From Candidatus Hydrogenedentota bacterium (GTDB taxonomy: Bacteria > Hydrogenedentota > Hydrogenedentia > Hydrogenedentales > SLHB01), in contig CAXXTH010000010.1 of the NCBI GenBank assembly GCA_963668025.2, forward strand, positions 800,001 to 864,000: a stretch of DNA of 64,000 nucleotides, in the 5' to 3' direction. Every line of letters begins with the position of its first letter. The stretch's first letter is position 1. Below, piece by piece: positions 46,513-56,726 of this stretch. The translations under genes were made by a program, and so were the position numbers. Below the pieces are notes generated by a model, which saw only the letters and a list, made by a program, of their open reading frames with translations, was not told where the DNA came from and searched no databases.

Positions 46513-47066
46513 ACAAAGAACGTGTCGCCCAGTTAATCCGCGAATTGCTCATTGAAATCGGCGAAGATCCCGAGCGGGAGGGGCTTCGTAAAACCCCCGA
46601 GCGCGTAGCCCGCGCGTACGAATTCCTCACCTCCGGATACCGGGGCGACATCAAAAAAGTCATTAATGATGCTGTGTTCATGTCACACGCCAACAATATG
46701 ATTATTTGCCGCGATATCGAGGTTTATAGCTTGTGTGAACATCATATGCTGCCATTTTTCGGCAAATGCCATATCGGTTATATCGCCCACGATAAGGTCG
46801 TTGGATTGAGCAAACTCGCCCGCATTGTGGATTTCTACGCCCGCCGGCTGCAAATCCAAGAACGCCTAACCCAGCAAATCGCTAGGCAAGTGATGGACAC
46901 CACTCAGGCCGAGGGCGTCGGAGTCGTCATAGAATGCCGCCACCTCTGCATGATGATGCGGGGTGTGGAAAAGCAGAACTCCGTCATGACCACGTCATCG
47001 GTGCTTGGCAGCTTCCATGATGACCTGCCCACCCGGAGCGAATTCCTCAACCTCATCGCGAAATAG
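46509..47066 (+). CDS. folE: GTP cyclohydrolase I
   Basis: [36 protein letters not shown] and HLCMMMRGV. Confidence 0.97.
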   Translation: MNKERVAQLIRELLIEIGEDPEREGLRKTPERVARAYEFLTSGYRGDIKKVINDAVFMSHANNMIICRDIEVYSLCEHHMLPFFGKCHIGYIAHDKVVGLSKLARIVDFYARRLQIQERLTQQIARQVMDTTQAEGVGVVIECRHLCMMMRGVEKQNSVMTTSSVLGSFHDDLPTRSEFLNLIAK

Positions 47067-47206
47067 TGCGGATGCCTGAGACCGTGGCTTTGTTTGCTCT
47101 TCCATACGCGAAAACCGCGCAAAGCCTGTTTCCCCAAATCAAGGCTCGATTTCTGCCGCCGGATATGGTGAAATACCTCCTTTGCAATCGATGCTAAGGA
47201 GCGCCC

Positions 47207-49771
47207 ATGTCGGAAGAGATAGGACAGGAGGCAGTGGCCCGCCTGTCGGCCAAGGCCATAGAACAGATGCGCGCCGCGATCCAGGAAGCGGGTGGGCGCG
47301 AGGTCTTTTTCGCGGGGCCCTTGGACGGGCATGGCCGGGTGGCGCGCGTGCGGGTGTGGGCGCGGGGCCATGAAGGCGCCGTGCCTGCGGTTTTCGAAGG
47401 CCTGTGCACCCATGAAGTGGTGCTCCACAACCATCCATCGGGCGAGATCGCACCCTCCGACGCAGATCTTCAACTCGCCAGCCTCTTTAGCTTTCAAGGC
47501 CATGGCGTCTATATCGTGGACAATGAGGTGAACTGGGTCTATGCGGTGGTCGAGCCTCTGCTTGACCGGGATAAAAAGACGCTTGATCCCGCTGAACTGG
47601 CCGCCCTCCTCGGACCGGATAGCGCGGTGGCGCGCGTATTGCCCCAGTTTGAAGTGCGCCCGCAACAAGCCGACATGATGGGCGCGGTGGCGCGCGCTTT
47701 CAACGCCGAAGGCATAGCGGTGATCGAAGCGCCGACCGGCGTTGGCAAGACACTGGCGTATCTGGCGCCTGCTATCGTATGGGCGGTGCGCAACGGCGAG
47801 CGCGTGGTGGTGTCCACACGGACCATCAACCTGCAAGAACAGATCATGTTCAAGGATATCCCGCTCTTGCAAGGCTGCCTCGGAATCAAATTTCATGCCG
47901 TTCTCGTGAAAGGGCGCAATAACTATCTATGCTGGCGGCGCTTTACGCGGGCCTTGTCGGAGGCCAGCCTGTTCGAGGATAACGCCGATCAGGCCGCCTT
48001 GAAGCGCCTGGATGAATGGGCGCAAAAAACGCAGGAAGGCAGCCGCTCCGATCTGCCGTTCATCCCTCCGCGCGAACTTTGGTCGCAGATCTGTTCGGAA
48101 TCCGACACTTGCCGCCCCATGAACTGTTCTTATGCTAAAAAATGTTTCATCGGAAAAGCGCGCCGGGAGATCGCCAAAGCGGACATCCTGGTGGTGAACC
48201 ACCACATGCTGTTCTCCGATCTGGCCGTCAAGCGGGAACTGGGCAACTTCAACGCCCTGGCCGTTTTACCGGCCTACCGCCGTTTGATTTTCGACGAAGC
48301 CCATAGCATTGAAGATTCCGCCACCGAGTATTTCGGCATGGAAGCCACGCGCATGGGGGCGCTGGCGCTTATTGGCCGGTTTATCCGCATGGAACGCGCC
48401 CATGAACGCGGCCTGCTGCCTTTTTTAAAGCTCAAGCTCATGAAAGAGACGTTGAATTCTCCTTATAAAGAAATCGACGACATCTTTCTGCTGATCGAAA
48501 ACGAACTCATGCCCCACTTGGCCTCCGCCCGGGAAGGCCTCCAGGCCGCCTTTGATGCGATTCGCTCGATTACGGCGGAGCGTTGCGGCCAAATCGGGCG
48601 GGAGATCAAATGGCGGCTTACTCCCGAGGCTTTGAAAGACCCCGCTCTTCGTGATGTGCATCAAGTCTATGTACTGCCCGTGGTTCAAGAGCTGCGGGAA
48701 TGCGCCAAATGGTGCGCGCAGCTTCACGAGCGCGTGCGGAAGCTGGAGTCTCCGCCTGACTATGCGGGAGAGCCGCCATTCCTGACCGAGCTCATGCAAT
48801 TGAGCGCGTATCAAAACCGTCTCGAACGCTTGGCTTCAAATCTGGCGGAAGGCATAAGCGAGAGCCTGGAACCCAATACCGTGCGCTGGATCGAGATAGA
48901 CGCCCATGACCGCCGCACCGTGCGCGTCGTCCGCTGCCCCCTCGAGGTGGGCGGCGATCTCGCTGGCTGGGTGTATGGCAATCTCAAAACGATTGTCATG
49001 ACTTCCGCTACGCTCGCGGTGCGCCAACGGTTTGACTTCCTGTTTCATCGGATCGGCCTGGACAGCATGGCGGGGCGCTCCACCGAAACGTTAGCCCTTC
49101 CTACGCCCTTTGATTACCAGGAACAGGCCCTTCTGTGCATTCCAACCGAACTGTCTGATCCCGGTTCGTCCACCTTCCTCGATGATAGTGAGGAGTATAT
49201 CCGTGAGGCCCTGGCCATTACCCGTGGCCATGCGTTTGTGCTCTTCACCTCATTCCACGCTCTAGAGCATGCATACCAGCAACTGGAGGGCGAGATACGC
49301 CGATGGGGCGTCACACTCCTGAAGCAAGGCGAAGCGGCCCGCACCCAGCTTTTAGAGCGTTTCCGGCGCGATACCTCAAGCGTGCTATTCGCCACTGATA
49401 GCTTCTGGGAAGGGGTGGACGTTGCCGGTGAAGCGCTGCAATGTGTTATACTGCCCCGGCTTCCATTCCGAGTGCCCACCGAGCCCATACTCGAAGCGCG
49501 CGCAGAGGCCATTGACGCCGCGGGAGGCAATTCATTCATGGAATATGTTGTGCCCCAGGCGGTTATCAAATTCCGCCAAGGATTTGGCCGCTTGATTCGC
49601 CGCCGCAGTGATCGGGGCTCCATCCTGGTACTGGATCGCCGGGTCGTGACAAAGCACTATGGGCGAATCTTTCTCGAATCGCTCCCTGGCCTGCGCATCA
49701 TTAAAGGGCCGCGTGATGGCGTGATGGAGGCCCTTCGCCAATTCCACGGCGGTGCGAACGAAGAGGCATAA
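47207..49771 (+). CDS. DinG/YoaA-family helicase with an N-terminal JAB/MPN domain
   Basis: HNHPSGEIAPSDADL (JAB), EAPTGVGKT, KGRNNYLC, DEAH, TSATL, FWEGVD and QGFGRLIR. Confidence 0.93.
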   Translation: MSEEIGQEAVARLSAKAIEQMRAAIQEAGGREVFFAGPLDGHGRVARVRVWARGHEGAVPAVFEGLCTHEVVLHNHPSGEIAPSDADLQLASLFSFQGHGVYIVDNEVNWVYAVVEPLLDRDKKTLDPAELAALLGPDSAVARVLPQFEVRPQQADMMGAVARAFNAEGIAVIEAPTGVGKTLAYLAPAIVWAVRNGERVVVSTRTINLQEQIMFKDIPLLQGCLGIKFHAVLVKGRNNYLCWRRFTRALSEASLFEDNADQAALKRLDEWAQKTQEGSRSDLPFIPPRELWSQICSESDTCRPMNCSYAKKCFIGKARREIAKADILVVNHHMLFSDLAVKRELGNFNALAVLPAYRRLIFDEAHSIEDSATEYFGMEATRMGALALIGRFIRMERAHERGLLPFLKLKLMKETLNSPYKEIDDIFLLIENELMPHLASAREGLQAAFDAIRSITAERCGQIGREIKWRLTPEALKDPALRDVHQVYVLPVVQELRECAKWCAQLHERVRKLESPPDYAGEPPFLTELMQLSAYQNRLERLASNLAEGISESLEPNTVRWIEIDAHDRRTVRVVRCPLEVGGDLAGWVYGNLKTIVMTSATLAVRQRFDFLFHRIGLDSMAGRSTETLALPTPFDYQEQALLCIPTELSDPGSSTFLDDSEEYIREALAITRGHAFVLFTSFHALEHAYQQLEGEIRRWGVTLLKQGEAARTQLLERFRRDTSSVLFATDSFWEGVDVAGEALQCVILPRLPFRVPTEPILEARAEAIDAAGGNSFMEYVVPQAVIKFRQGFGRLIRRRSDRGSILVLDRRVVTKHYGRIFLESLPGLRIIKGPRDGVMEALRQFHGGANEEA

Positions 49772-49823
49772 CGTGTAACGGGCGTGGAGCAGCGGACTAG
49801 CGCCTGAAGTTTGGATATATGGC

Positions 49824-51413
49824 ATGACAGTACAGGAAATCCACTTCCGCGATTACGGCCATGGCGGCGATCATATTGGCAGCCGCCGTACGCGCCGTGC
49901 GTTCCGGTATTGCGCCACCGCATGCGTGGCTTTCACTGCTATTCTGTGTTTCTCCGAACAATTCCTGCGCCATGAGCAAACCGAGCGCTTGTATATCATT
50001 GCCCTCCTGCAAGAAAATCCTTCCGCCGCCCGCGCTTTTCTGCGGCAAGCGGTAAAGATCGACGCCAAACAGCGGGAAGTGGCCACGCCCAAATATCTCG
50101 ATGCCCTCGCGGGCCGCGAAGAAGATGATTTGGTTCTATCCACTTACCAAAGCGCGTATACGCTGGATCCCGAGAATGCGTCTTTAGCCATACGCTTTGG
50201 CTGCCGCTTAGCCCAAGATGGCTGGTTCAACCAAGCCATTGAGCTATTCCAGAAGGCGGCGGAAAATGACCCCGAGAATGCCTTGCCCGTCTATCTCGAG
50301 GCCTCTGTCCAGCCTTGGGCGGAAGAAAACAACAAAGACTTGCGCCGGTCGCTGGCCCTTATCGCCAAAGCCAACAGCAGCGAGCTCGATGTGCGTTTTC
50401 CCAGGCCTATGTGGTCTTCGGACCTGCCCCCCAGAGGATATTGGTATGCCCAATCGAGAAGGCAACTTGTGTTGGATTTATGTACTCCTCTCATGCAATA
50501 TGCCAATTACGTTTGCGGTGAAGCGGAACAAGCTATTTCCCAGGGCCGGGTTCAATACTGGGATTCCTGGCTGGAAAGAATAGAGCTGATGGGGCGGCGT
50601 GTCGCCGAAGGGGCTATCGTCCACGATCCCGCCAAGCCGCCTTTGGCTGGCGGCGCCGAGCAAGCCCTCGCGGGGATACGGATTCAAATTAAGGCCCTGT
50701 CTTTACGGGAACGCATCCTTGAAGGGGGGACAAGCGATGCCAGCGCCGCCACGCGGCTGAAGCAATTGGAAGAAGCCGCCAGACGGCTTTCCTTGTTTTC
50801 GGATGAACTCCCCGCCCGGATTGCCCGGGAAAAACGAACTTGCCGGCTGCCCGTACGGCTGTCGCTGCAAACACTCGCCCTTGTTTTCCTGATATATATA
50901 CTCGCTTGCATTCTGTCCAGACTCGCCTGCACCGGCAAACAGGCATGGACCATGCCTCACACTTCCGCTACCCGCTCCATACTGGCGTTCGGTGTTGCGG
51001 GCGTGTTTTTTCTGTTGATGCTCACCTGGGTGTTTCATGTTCCATTAAGCCAGGAAACTTGGCGAGGCGCATTGATTGGCGCATGGCGGCTTCTCGTCAC
51101 GGTCATTCTGGCGTATGGCGTCATCTTTCCTGTTTTCATGCTGCCATTGCCCAAAAATGTGGCCGGGGCGCTCGAAGACGCCAGTGTGGAGGTATTGAGC
51201 CAAGCCCGCAAACAGTATCGATGCGCCTTCACAGTCTTCTGGCGCCGTTATTTTGGCATTGTATTGGGCAGTTTGGCCATGGCAATTTGCGCCTGGATCA
51301 TATGCCATCGCGTGCTTGCTTCTCTCTATCCCTGGCAGATACAACTGCTGGCGTCAGGATTCGCCAAAGACGAAACGCGGCTCGTGATTGATGTGTTAAG
51401 CAGCCTGCGCTGA
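49824..51413 (+). CDS. TPR-containing membrane protein
   Basis: N-terminal TM, TPR-like A..LDPENA / A.ENDPENA, and several C-terminal TMs. Confidence 0.7.
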   Translation: MTVQEIHFRDYGHGGDHIGSRRTRRAFRYCATACVAFTAILCFSEQFLRHEQTERLYIIALLQENPSAARAFLRQAVKIDAKQREVATPKYLDALAGREEDDLVLSTYQSAYTLDPENASLAIRFGCRLAQDGWFNQAIELFQKAAENDPENALPVYLEASVQPWAEENNKDLRRSLALIAKANSSELDVRFPRPMWSSDLPPRGYWYAQSRRQLVLDLCTPLMQYANYVCGEAEQAISQGRVQYWDSWLERIELMGRRVAEGAIVHDPAKPPLAGGAEQALAGIRIQIKALSLRERILEGGTSDASAATRLKQLEEAARRLSLFSDELPARIAREKRTCRLPVRLSLQTLALVFLIYILACILSRLACTGKQAWTMPHTSATRSILAFGVAGVFFLLMLTWVFHVPLSQETWRGALIGAWRLLVTVILAYGVIFPVFMLPLPKNVAGALEDASVEVLSQARKQYRCAFTVFWRRYFGIVLGSLAMAICAWIICHRVLASLYPWQIQLLASGFAKDETRLVIDVLSSLR

Positions 51414-51508
51414 GCGGGAAGATCATTCCAGCGCAGGCATGTGACGCAACAAAACTGAGATTCGTCCGCAAGAACGGATGATAAAAAGCGGAAAAGCGCT
51501 CATGGCAT

Positions 51509-51538
51509 TTGACAATCGCTTGTCCAATGCGCTATAAT
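51509..51538 (+). promoter_or_regulatory. Sigma70-type promoter
   Basis: TTGACA-18nt-TATAAT upstream of the response regulator. Confidence 0.7.
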
Positions 51539-51611
51539 ATCGGGAAAATCTGTGCATACTACGAATTCGGGCTCGCCCTAACATAACCAAGCTCAGCAGG
51601 AGGATCCGGCG

Positions 51612-52196
51612 GTGAGCGATTCAGAACAAAAAGCGTACACTACTTTCGAGGCAGCACGTATCTGCCATGTGACCCATCATAGTATCAAGAATTGGATCAA
51701 GCAGGGCTTGATCAAGGCTTCAAGGACTCCCGGCGGTCATTACCGTATCCTTGAAGAGGATCTGGATGCGTTTCGCGAAAAATATGACATGTTTCCCCGC
51801 GATAAGGGTTCCACGAAACGCCGTGTCATGGTGGTCGATGACGATCCTGAGATTCTTGCCTTGATCGAGAAATTATTGACGGATGAAGGATTTGAGCTCA
51901 TCAAAGTGAGCAATGCCACGGAAGTGGGGCTCAAAGCCGCGCAACTGGCTCCGGATTTAATTCTCCTTGATTTCCTGATGCCCGAGATCAATGGCTTCGA
52001 GATATGCAAAGCCTTGCGGGACAATGATCTGACGCGCGCCACTCCGATTATGGCCGTGACCTGTTTGACCAAAGAGCAAGACATCGAACAGATCTTTTCT
52101 TGCGGCGCGGATGAGTATCTGGCCAAGCCGTTCCGGGCGGATCAACTCTTGGATAAAGTGCGAGAGCTGATTGGCCGTGGCCGGATCGTCGGGTAG
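51612..52196 (+). CDS. Response regulator with an N-terminal excisionase/MerR-like HTH
   Basis: YTTFEAARIC.V....IKNWIKQG..KA.RTPGGHYRI, then a REC domain (VVDDD, LLD..MP, KPF). Confidence 0.92.
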   Translation: MSDSEQKAYTTFEAARICHVTHHSIKNWIKQGLIKASRTPGGHYRILEEDLDAFREKYDMFPRDKGSTKRRVMVVDDDPEILALIEKLLTDEGFELIKVSNATEVGLKAAQLAPDLILLDFLMPEINGFEICKALRDNDLTRATPIMAVTCLTKEQDIEQIFSCGADEYLAKPFRADQLLDKVRELIGRGRIVG

Positions 52197-52290
52197 CCGC
52201 ATTCTAGACGCCGCGGATTGCGTAGCATGCGCAATGTGGACTATAGGTTGTTGTTCGAATCAGACATAAGCTGGTTTCATTTCTTGGGCT

Positions 52291-55152
52291 GTGATGAAAA
52301 CATCCGAACCTCGCCGGGGGATCGAGCGAAAGATCCTCTCCGCAATCTTGTGGATTGGCGGCGTCGCGTTAGGCGTGGCGCTGGTGGCGGGGTATGTGTT
52401 GTTACGGACATGGCGCGGCCACGCCATGGAGCAAGTATTGCTCCTCGGCTCGTTAGGGCTGTGTGTCCTCGCTATCTCCTTTCTCTGTATTAGCGCCTAC
52501 AGGAATGTACACAACAACATCGTCCGAAATCTGCTCCTTCTCAAGGAAGGCGCCCAGCGAATAGGCCAGGGCGACCTCTCGCTCAAACTAAAAATTTCCA
52601 CGGGAGACGAGATCGAGGAGCTGGCGTCTTCATTCAGCAGCATGGCGGAAGCCTTGCGCGGCAACATCAGCCGCCTGGAAGAATCCGAAGCCAAATACCG
52701 CAGCCTCGTCACATCGATGCGCGATGGCATTGTCCAGTGGGACCTCGATGGTGTTATTGGGCTTATAAATCCTATTGGCGCTCAGATTTTCGGATGCGGC
52801 ACACCCGAAGAACTCATCGGGAAAAAGCTGCAAGACGTATTTCCTGAAGGAGATGTGATTCAACGTGTCGCGGCGGAACTGGACCGCAAGGGATTTGTCG
52901 AGCGCTCCCGGTTCCGGCTGACACGCCAGGATGGGCGCGAGGTATGTTTGGAGCTTTCGGGCAACCTTATCCAGGATGACGCCGGTAATCCTGTAGGCAT
53001 CGAAGGCATCTTCCGGGATGTAACGACAGGCGTTTTGCTGGAACGCGAGGCGGGCGAACGGGCGGAACGGATCAGCGCTATTAACCAGATCGCGAATGTC
53101 ATTAATTCGAGCCTTCAAGCAGGGCTGCTCTACGAGAGCCTTGTGGTGGAGGTTAAAAAGCTTGTGGATTTTGACTTTGCCGCCATGTCGCTGCTCGATG
53201 AAGCGGAAGAGCGGTATGCCATGCGGCAGCTCTGGCCTGAACATGGTGAATTTCCGGGGCCCACGTGTTCGCTTCACGGAGATAATTGGGCCGCGCCGGT
53301 GGTCGCCCGCGCCAAACAATACTTGGTGGTGAATGATCTAGCCCAGCCGGGCGCTCCGCATATACAAGATTTTCCAAAAGATATTCGAAGCTGCCTTTGT
53401 GTGCCCCTCTATGCTACCGGCCGCATCATCGGCACGCTCAATCTCGGGTCGAAAGCCCCCTCGGCTTTCTCGACGCACGCCATTGAAGTGATGGAACAGA
53501 TAGCGCCCCACGTGGCCGTGGCCACGCGCAACGCCCAACTCCTCGAAAACCTGCAAGCCTCCTTGGATGAAGTGACGCTCGCCCAGCGCAAGCTCCATGA
53601 AGCAAATGAAGAATTAAAGACCTTGGATGAGATGAAGACGAACCTTCTCTCCAATGTCTCCCATGAATTGCGTACGCCCCTCGTTGCGGTCATGGGCTAC
53701 ACCGATATGATTTATAATGGGAAAGTCGGCCCTATCAATGAGCGGCAAAAAGAATACCTCGGCATCAGTTTGCGCAATATTGACAAGCTCGTGACCCTAA
53801 TCGAGAATCTTCTCGATTTCTCCCGGCTCCACCGGGGCGCTGAGACCCTCGTATTTGACACATTCAACCTGGTGAATTGCGCCCGCGCGAGCATCGAAAT
53901 CGTACGGCCTGTGGCGGATAGCCGCGAGATCTCTATCGAGCTTATCGCTCCCGACGAGCCCGTGCTCGTGGAAGGCGATAAAGGCAAGCTGGGACAGGTA
54001 TTCAACAATCTCCTTTCGAACGCAGTCAAATTCAACCCCCACAGCGGCAGCGTGACGGTCGAGATTCGCGTCAGCGAAGATTCCGTTGAGGCCATCGTGT
54101 CCGACACCGGAATTGGCATGCCGCCGGAAGCCCTCGAAAAAGTGTTCAGCCGTTTTTATCAATATGATAGCTCCTCGACACGCAAGTATGGCGGCACGGG
54201 CATAGGCCTGTCCATCGCCCAGGATATCGCCCGGCTCCATGGCAGCAGGCTGACGGTAACGAGTGAAGAGGGCAAGGGCAGTATTTTCCGATTCAGCTTG
54301 CCTTTGAAGATGGCTCGAGGACGCGATAAAAATACCAAAGGCAAGGCTCCCGACGCCCCCGCTGTGATGGAAACCCTATTGCTGGTCGAGCTTGTCACCG
54401 CGGACCGTGCGCTTTGTACGCAAGTGCGCATGATGCTTGACGCGGAGGGGCTGGATATCCTGGTGGCGGGCTCCACCTCGAACGCTGTTTCCATGGCGGC
54501 CAAATACAAACCCGACTGTATCATCGTGGACGCTGAAGCAGGGAGGACGAGCGAGGATGTTTTCGCGGAATTGCTGGAAGAGCCCGCAACGGCAGGCATT
54601 CCCTTTATTGTATTTACGGCGGATGATGATTTCATGGCGAATTACCGGCCCTGCATCGCATCGCACATCAAGCCGGGTTTCCGTAAAAGCACTCTTCTGA
54701 GCGCCATTCACTATGCCATGGGCCAAACCGTCAAAGCGGGTGAACGTTTTGGCGGGAAAATCTTGTGCGTGGATGATGACCGGGAGATCGTGACCTTCAT
54801 TACGCGCCTGCTCGGCGGAGAAGGCTATGTCGTCGAGTCCTGTGAGTCGGGCGAAGCCGCCTTGAAGCTCGTAGCTGGGCGCGAATACTCCCTTGTCCTG
54901 CTCGATATTGCCATGCCGGGCATTGATGGATGGGAAGCATGCCGCCGCATCAAGACCGATCCCCGTCTTGCGGGCATTAAAGTGTATATGGTCACCGCCA
55001 AACCGGTGGAGCTGAAAGACGCTCGAGGCAAAGACGCCGGCTCGGATGGGTATCTGCTCAAACCATTTAAAGCGAACGAACTGTTGGAGCTTGTACAGAG
55101 CATATGCCCGCCACACAATGATTCCACCTCGGATGGACAGAAAAACTCTTAG
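52291..55152 (+). CDS. Hybrid sensor histidine kinase (2 TM, HAMP, PAS, GAF, HisKA, HATPase, 2 REC)
   Basis: SHELRTPL, NLLSNAVKF, DTGIG and GGTGIGL; the final REC has VDDD/LLD..MP/KPF. Confidence 0.93.
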   Translation: MMKTSEPRRGIERKILSAILWIGGVALGVALVAGYVLLRTWRGHAMEQVLLLGSLGLCVLAISFLCISAYRNVHNNIVRNLLLLKEGAQRIGQGDLSLKLKISTGDEIEELASSFSSMAEALRGNISRLEESEAKYRSLVTSMRDGIVQWDLDGVIGLINPIGAQIFGCGTPEELIGKKLQDVFPEGDVIQRVAAELDRKGFVERSRFRLTRQDGREVCLELSGNLIQDDAGNPVGIEGIFRDVTTGVLLEREAGERAERISAINQIANVINSSLQAGLLYESLVVEVKKLVDFDFAAMSLLDEAEERYAMRQLWPEHGEFPGPTCSLHGDNWAAPVVARAKQYLVVNDLAQPGAPHIQDFPKDIRSCLCVPLYATGRIIGTLNLGSKAPSAFSTHAIEVMEQIAPHVAVATRNAQLLENLQASLDEVTLAQRKLHEANEELKTLDEMKTNLLSNVSHELRTPLVAVMGYTDMIYNGKVGPINERQKEYLGISLRNIDKLVTLIENLLDFSRLHRGAETLVFDTFNLVNCARASIEIVRPVADSREISIELIAPDEPVLVEGDKGKLGQVFNNLLSNAVKFNPHSGSVTVEIRVSEDSVEAIVSDTGIGMPPEALEKVFSRFYQYDSSSTRKYGGTGIGLSIAQDIARLHGSRLTVTSEEGKGSIFRFSLPLKMARGRDKNTKGKAPDAPAVMETLLLVELVTADRALCTQVRMMLDAEGLDILVAGSTSNAVSMAAKYKPDCIIVDAEAGRTSEDVFAELLEEPATAGIPFIVFTADDDFMANYRPCIASHIKPGFRKSTLLSAIHYAMGQTVKAGERFGGKILCVDDDREIVTFITRLLGGEGYVVESCESGEAALKLVAGREYSLVLLDIAMPGIDGWEACRRIKTDPRLAGIKVYMVTAKPVELKDARGKDAGSDGYLLKPFKANELLELVQSICPPHNDSTSDGQKNS

Positions 55153-55193
55153 CGCAGCGTAGCCGCAACCAAAGAGCCGGATTTTAAACCGCG

Positions 55194-55256
55194 AAATACA
55201 CTAAATACACTAAATACACTAAAATCCAGATGGGTAGGGTGGGGCTTGCCCCACCG
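55194..55256 (+). repeat. 9-bp tandem repeat (AAATACACT x3) followed by a family B REP-like palindrome
   Basis: Tandem repeat at 55194-55220; GTAGGGTGGGGCTTGCCCCACCG at 55234-55256. Confidence 0.8.
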
Positions 55257-55461
55257 TTCAAAGGATTTACCGACAAAAGTACTATGTAAAAAATCGTAGG
55301 TCCTAACCAGTTAAAATACATTGGTTTACACAGTAAATCTTTGCAAGAAAACAACGTTTTGCCAGATAGTAGTCCAAAGATAAGTGTTCGGAGCGGCCTA
55401 TGGCCATACATCCGGGCATTCATGGAGCAATCGTCCAACACTCGGAAAGGCGGATCCTTCC

Positions 55462-56634
55462 ATGAAATATCGCCGTTTTGGAAGAACGGAACTTGATATC
55501 CCAGTCATCAGTTGCGGCGGCATGCGGTTCCAGCAGTCTTGGAAAGCCGATGACCCGGTAGGCGAGGAAAGCCAGCAGAATCTCGAGCAATGCATACGCC
55601 GCGCTTATGAACTCGGGATTAACCATTTCGAGACGGCTCGCGGTTATGGCACAAGCGAGCAGCAGCTTGGGCGTATTCTTCCCGGCATGCCGCGGGAGCG
55701 CATCATTGTGCAGACCAAGGTGAATCCGAACCGGGATTCCAAGATATTCGCGGACGCTTTCGAGCTTTCCATGCGCCTGCTACGGCTCGATTATGTGGAC
55801 TTATTCGCCATCCACGGCGTGAATAACGATGACCTTTACGAACAAGCCTCCGCTTGCATCGAGCAAGCCCTGGAATGGAAACGCCAGGGGCGCATTCGCT
55901 GGCTTGGATTTTCGACCCATGGCCCTGCGGATGTGATTATACGCACCATCAAAACGGGCGTCTTCGACTATGTAAATCTGCATTGGTATTACATTTTCCA
56001 AAACAACTGGCCCGCTATAAAAGCAGCGCGCCAGCGCGATATGGGTGTCTTCATCATCAGCCCTAACGATAAAGGCGGCCTGCTGTACAAGCCCAGCGCT
56101 AAAGTCGAGGCCCTCACGGCGCCGTTGCATCCTATCGTGTTCAACGATCTTTATTGTCTTGCCCGCCCTGAAGTGCATACGTTGAGCTGCGGCGCCTCCT
56201 GCCCTGATGATTTCGATATTCACGCGGAGGCCGCCGACAGGCTAGATGAGGCCGAGGCGCTGGCGGGTCCCATAGCCGCCCGGCTTGATGCGGAATGCGT
56301 GCGCATGCTTGGCCAAGAATGGATGGACACTTGGCATGCAGGCCTGCCGGAATGGCATGAGACGCCCGGCCATATCAATATCCCCGTCATGCTGCACTTA
56401 CGGAATCTTGTACTGGCTTTCGATATGCTCGAATATGCCCGCATGCGCTACAACCTGCTTGGCAATGGCGGCCATTGGTTTCCTGGCAACCGCGCGGACC
56501 ATCTCGAAGAACTGGATCTGTCTGAATGTCTGGCCGCGTCGCCCCATCGGGAGCTCATCCCTCGATTGCTGAAAGAAACGCATGAAATGCTGGCGGGTGA
56601 ACGCAAAAAACGCTTGCAACAAGAGGAAGGCTGA
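55462..56634 (+). CDS. Aldo/keto reductase
   Basis: MKYRRFGRT, GINHFETARGYG.SE, QTK, L.LDYVDL..IHG and IRWLGFSTH. Confidence 0.92.
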   Translation: MKYRRFGRTELDIPVISCGGMRFQQSWKADDPVGEESQQNLEQCIRRAYELGINHFETARGYGTSEQQLGRILPGMPRERIIVQTKVNPNRDSKIFADAFELSMRLLRLDYVDLFAIHGVNNDDLYEQASACIEQALEWKRQGRIRWLGFSTHGPADVIIRTIKTGVFDYVNLHWYYIFQNNWPAIKAARQRDMGVFIISPNDKGGLLYKPSAKVEALTAPLHPIVFNDLYCLARPEVHTLSCGASCPDDFDIHAEAADRLDEAEALAGPIAARLDAECVRMLGQEWMDTWHAGLPEWHETPGHINIPVMLHLRNLVLAFDMLEYARMRYNLLGNGGHWFPGNRADHLEELDLSECLAASPHRELIPRLLKETHEMLAGERKKRLQQEEG

Positions 56635-56726
56635 GGCTGCTGTAGATGAAGAAAACAGGGGATGCCAATTGACTCGCGCCATGGCCACGGCGTAGCATCT
56701 GCATATGCGCCGCGCCATGCAAGCAA

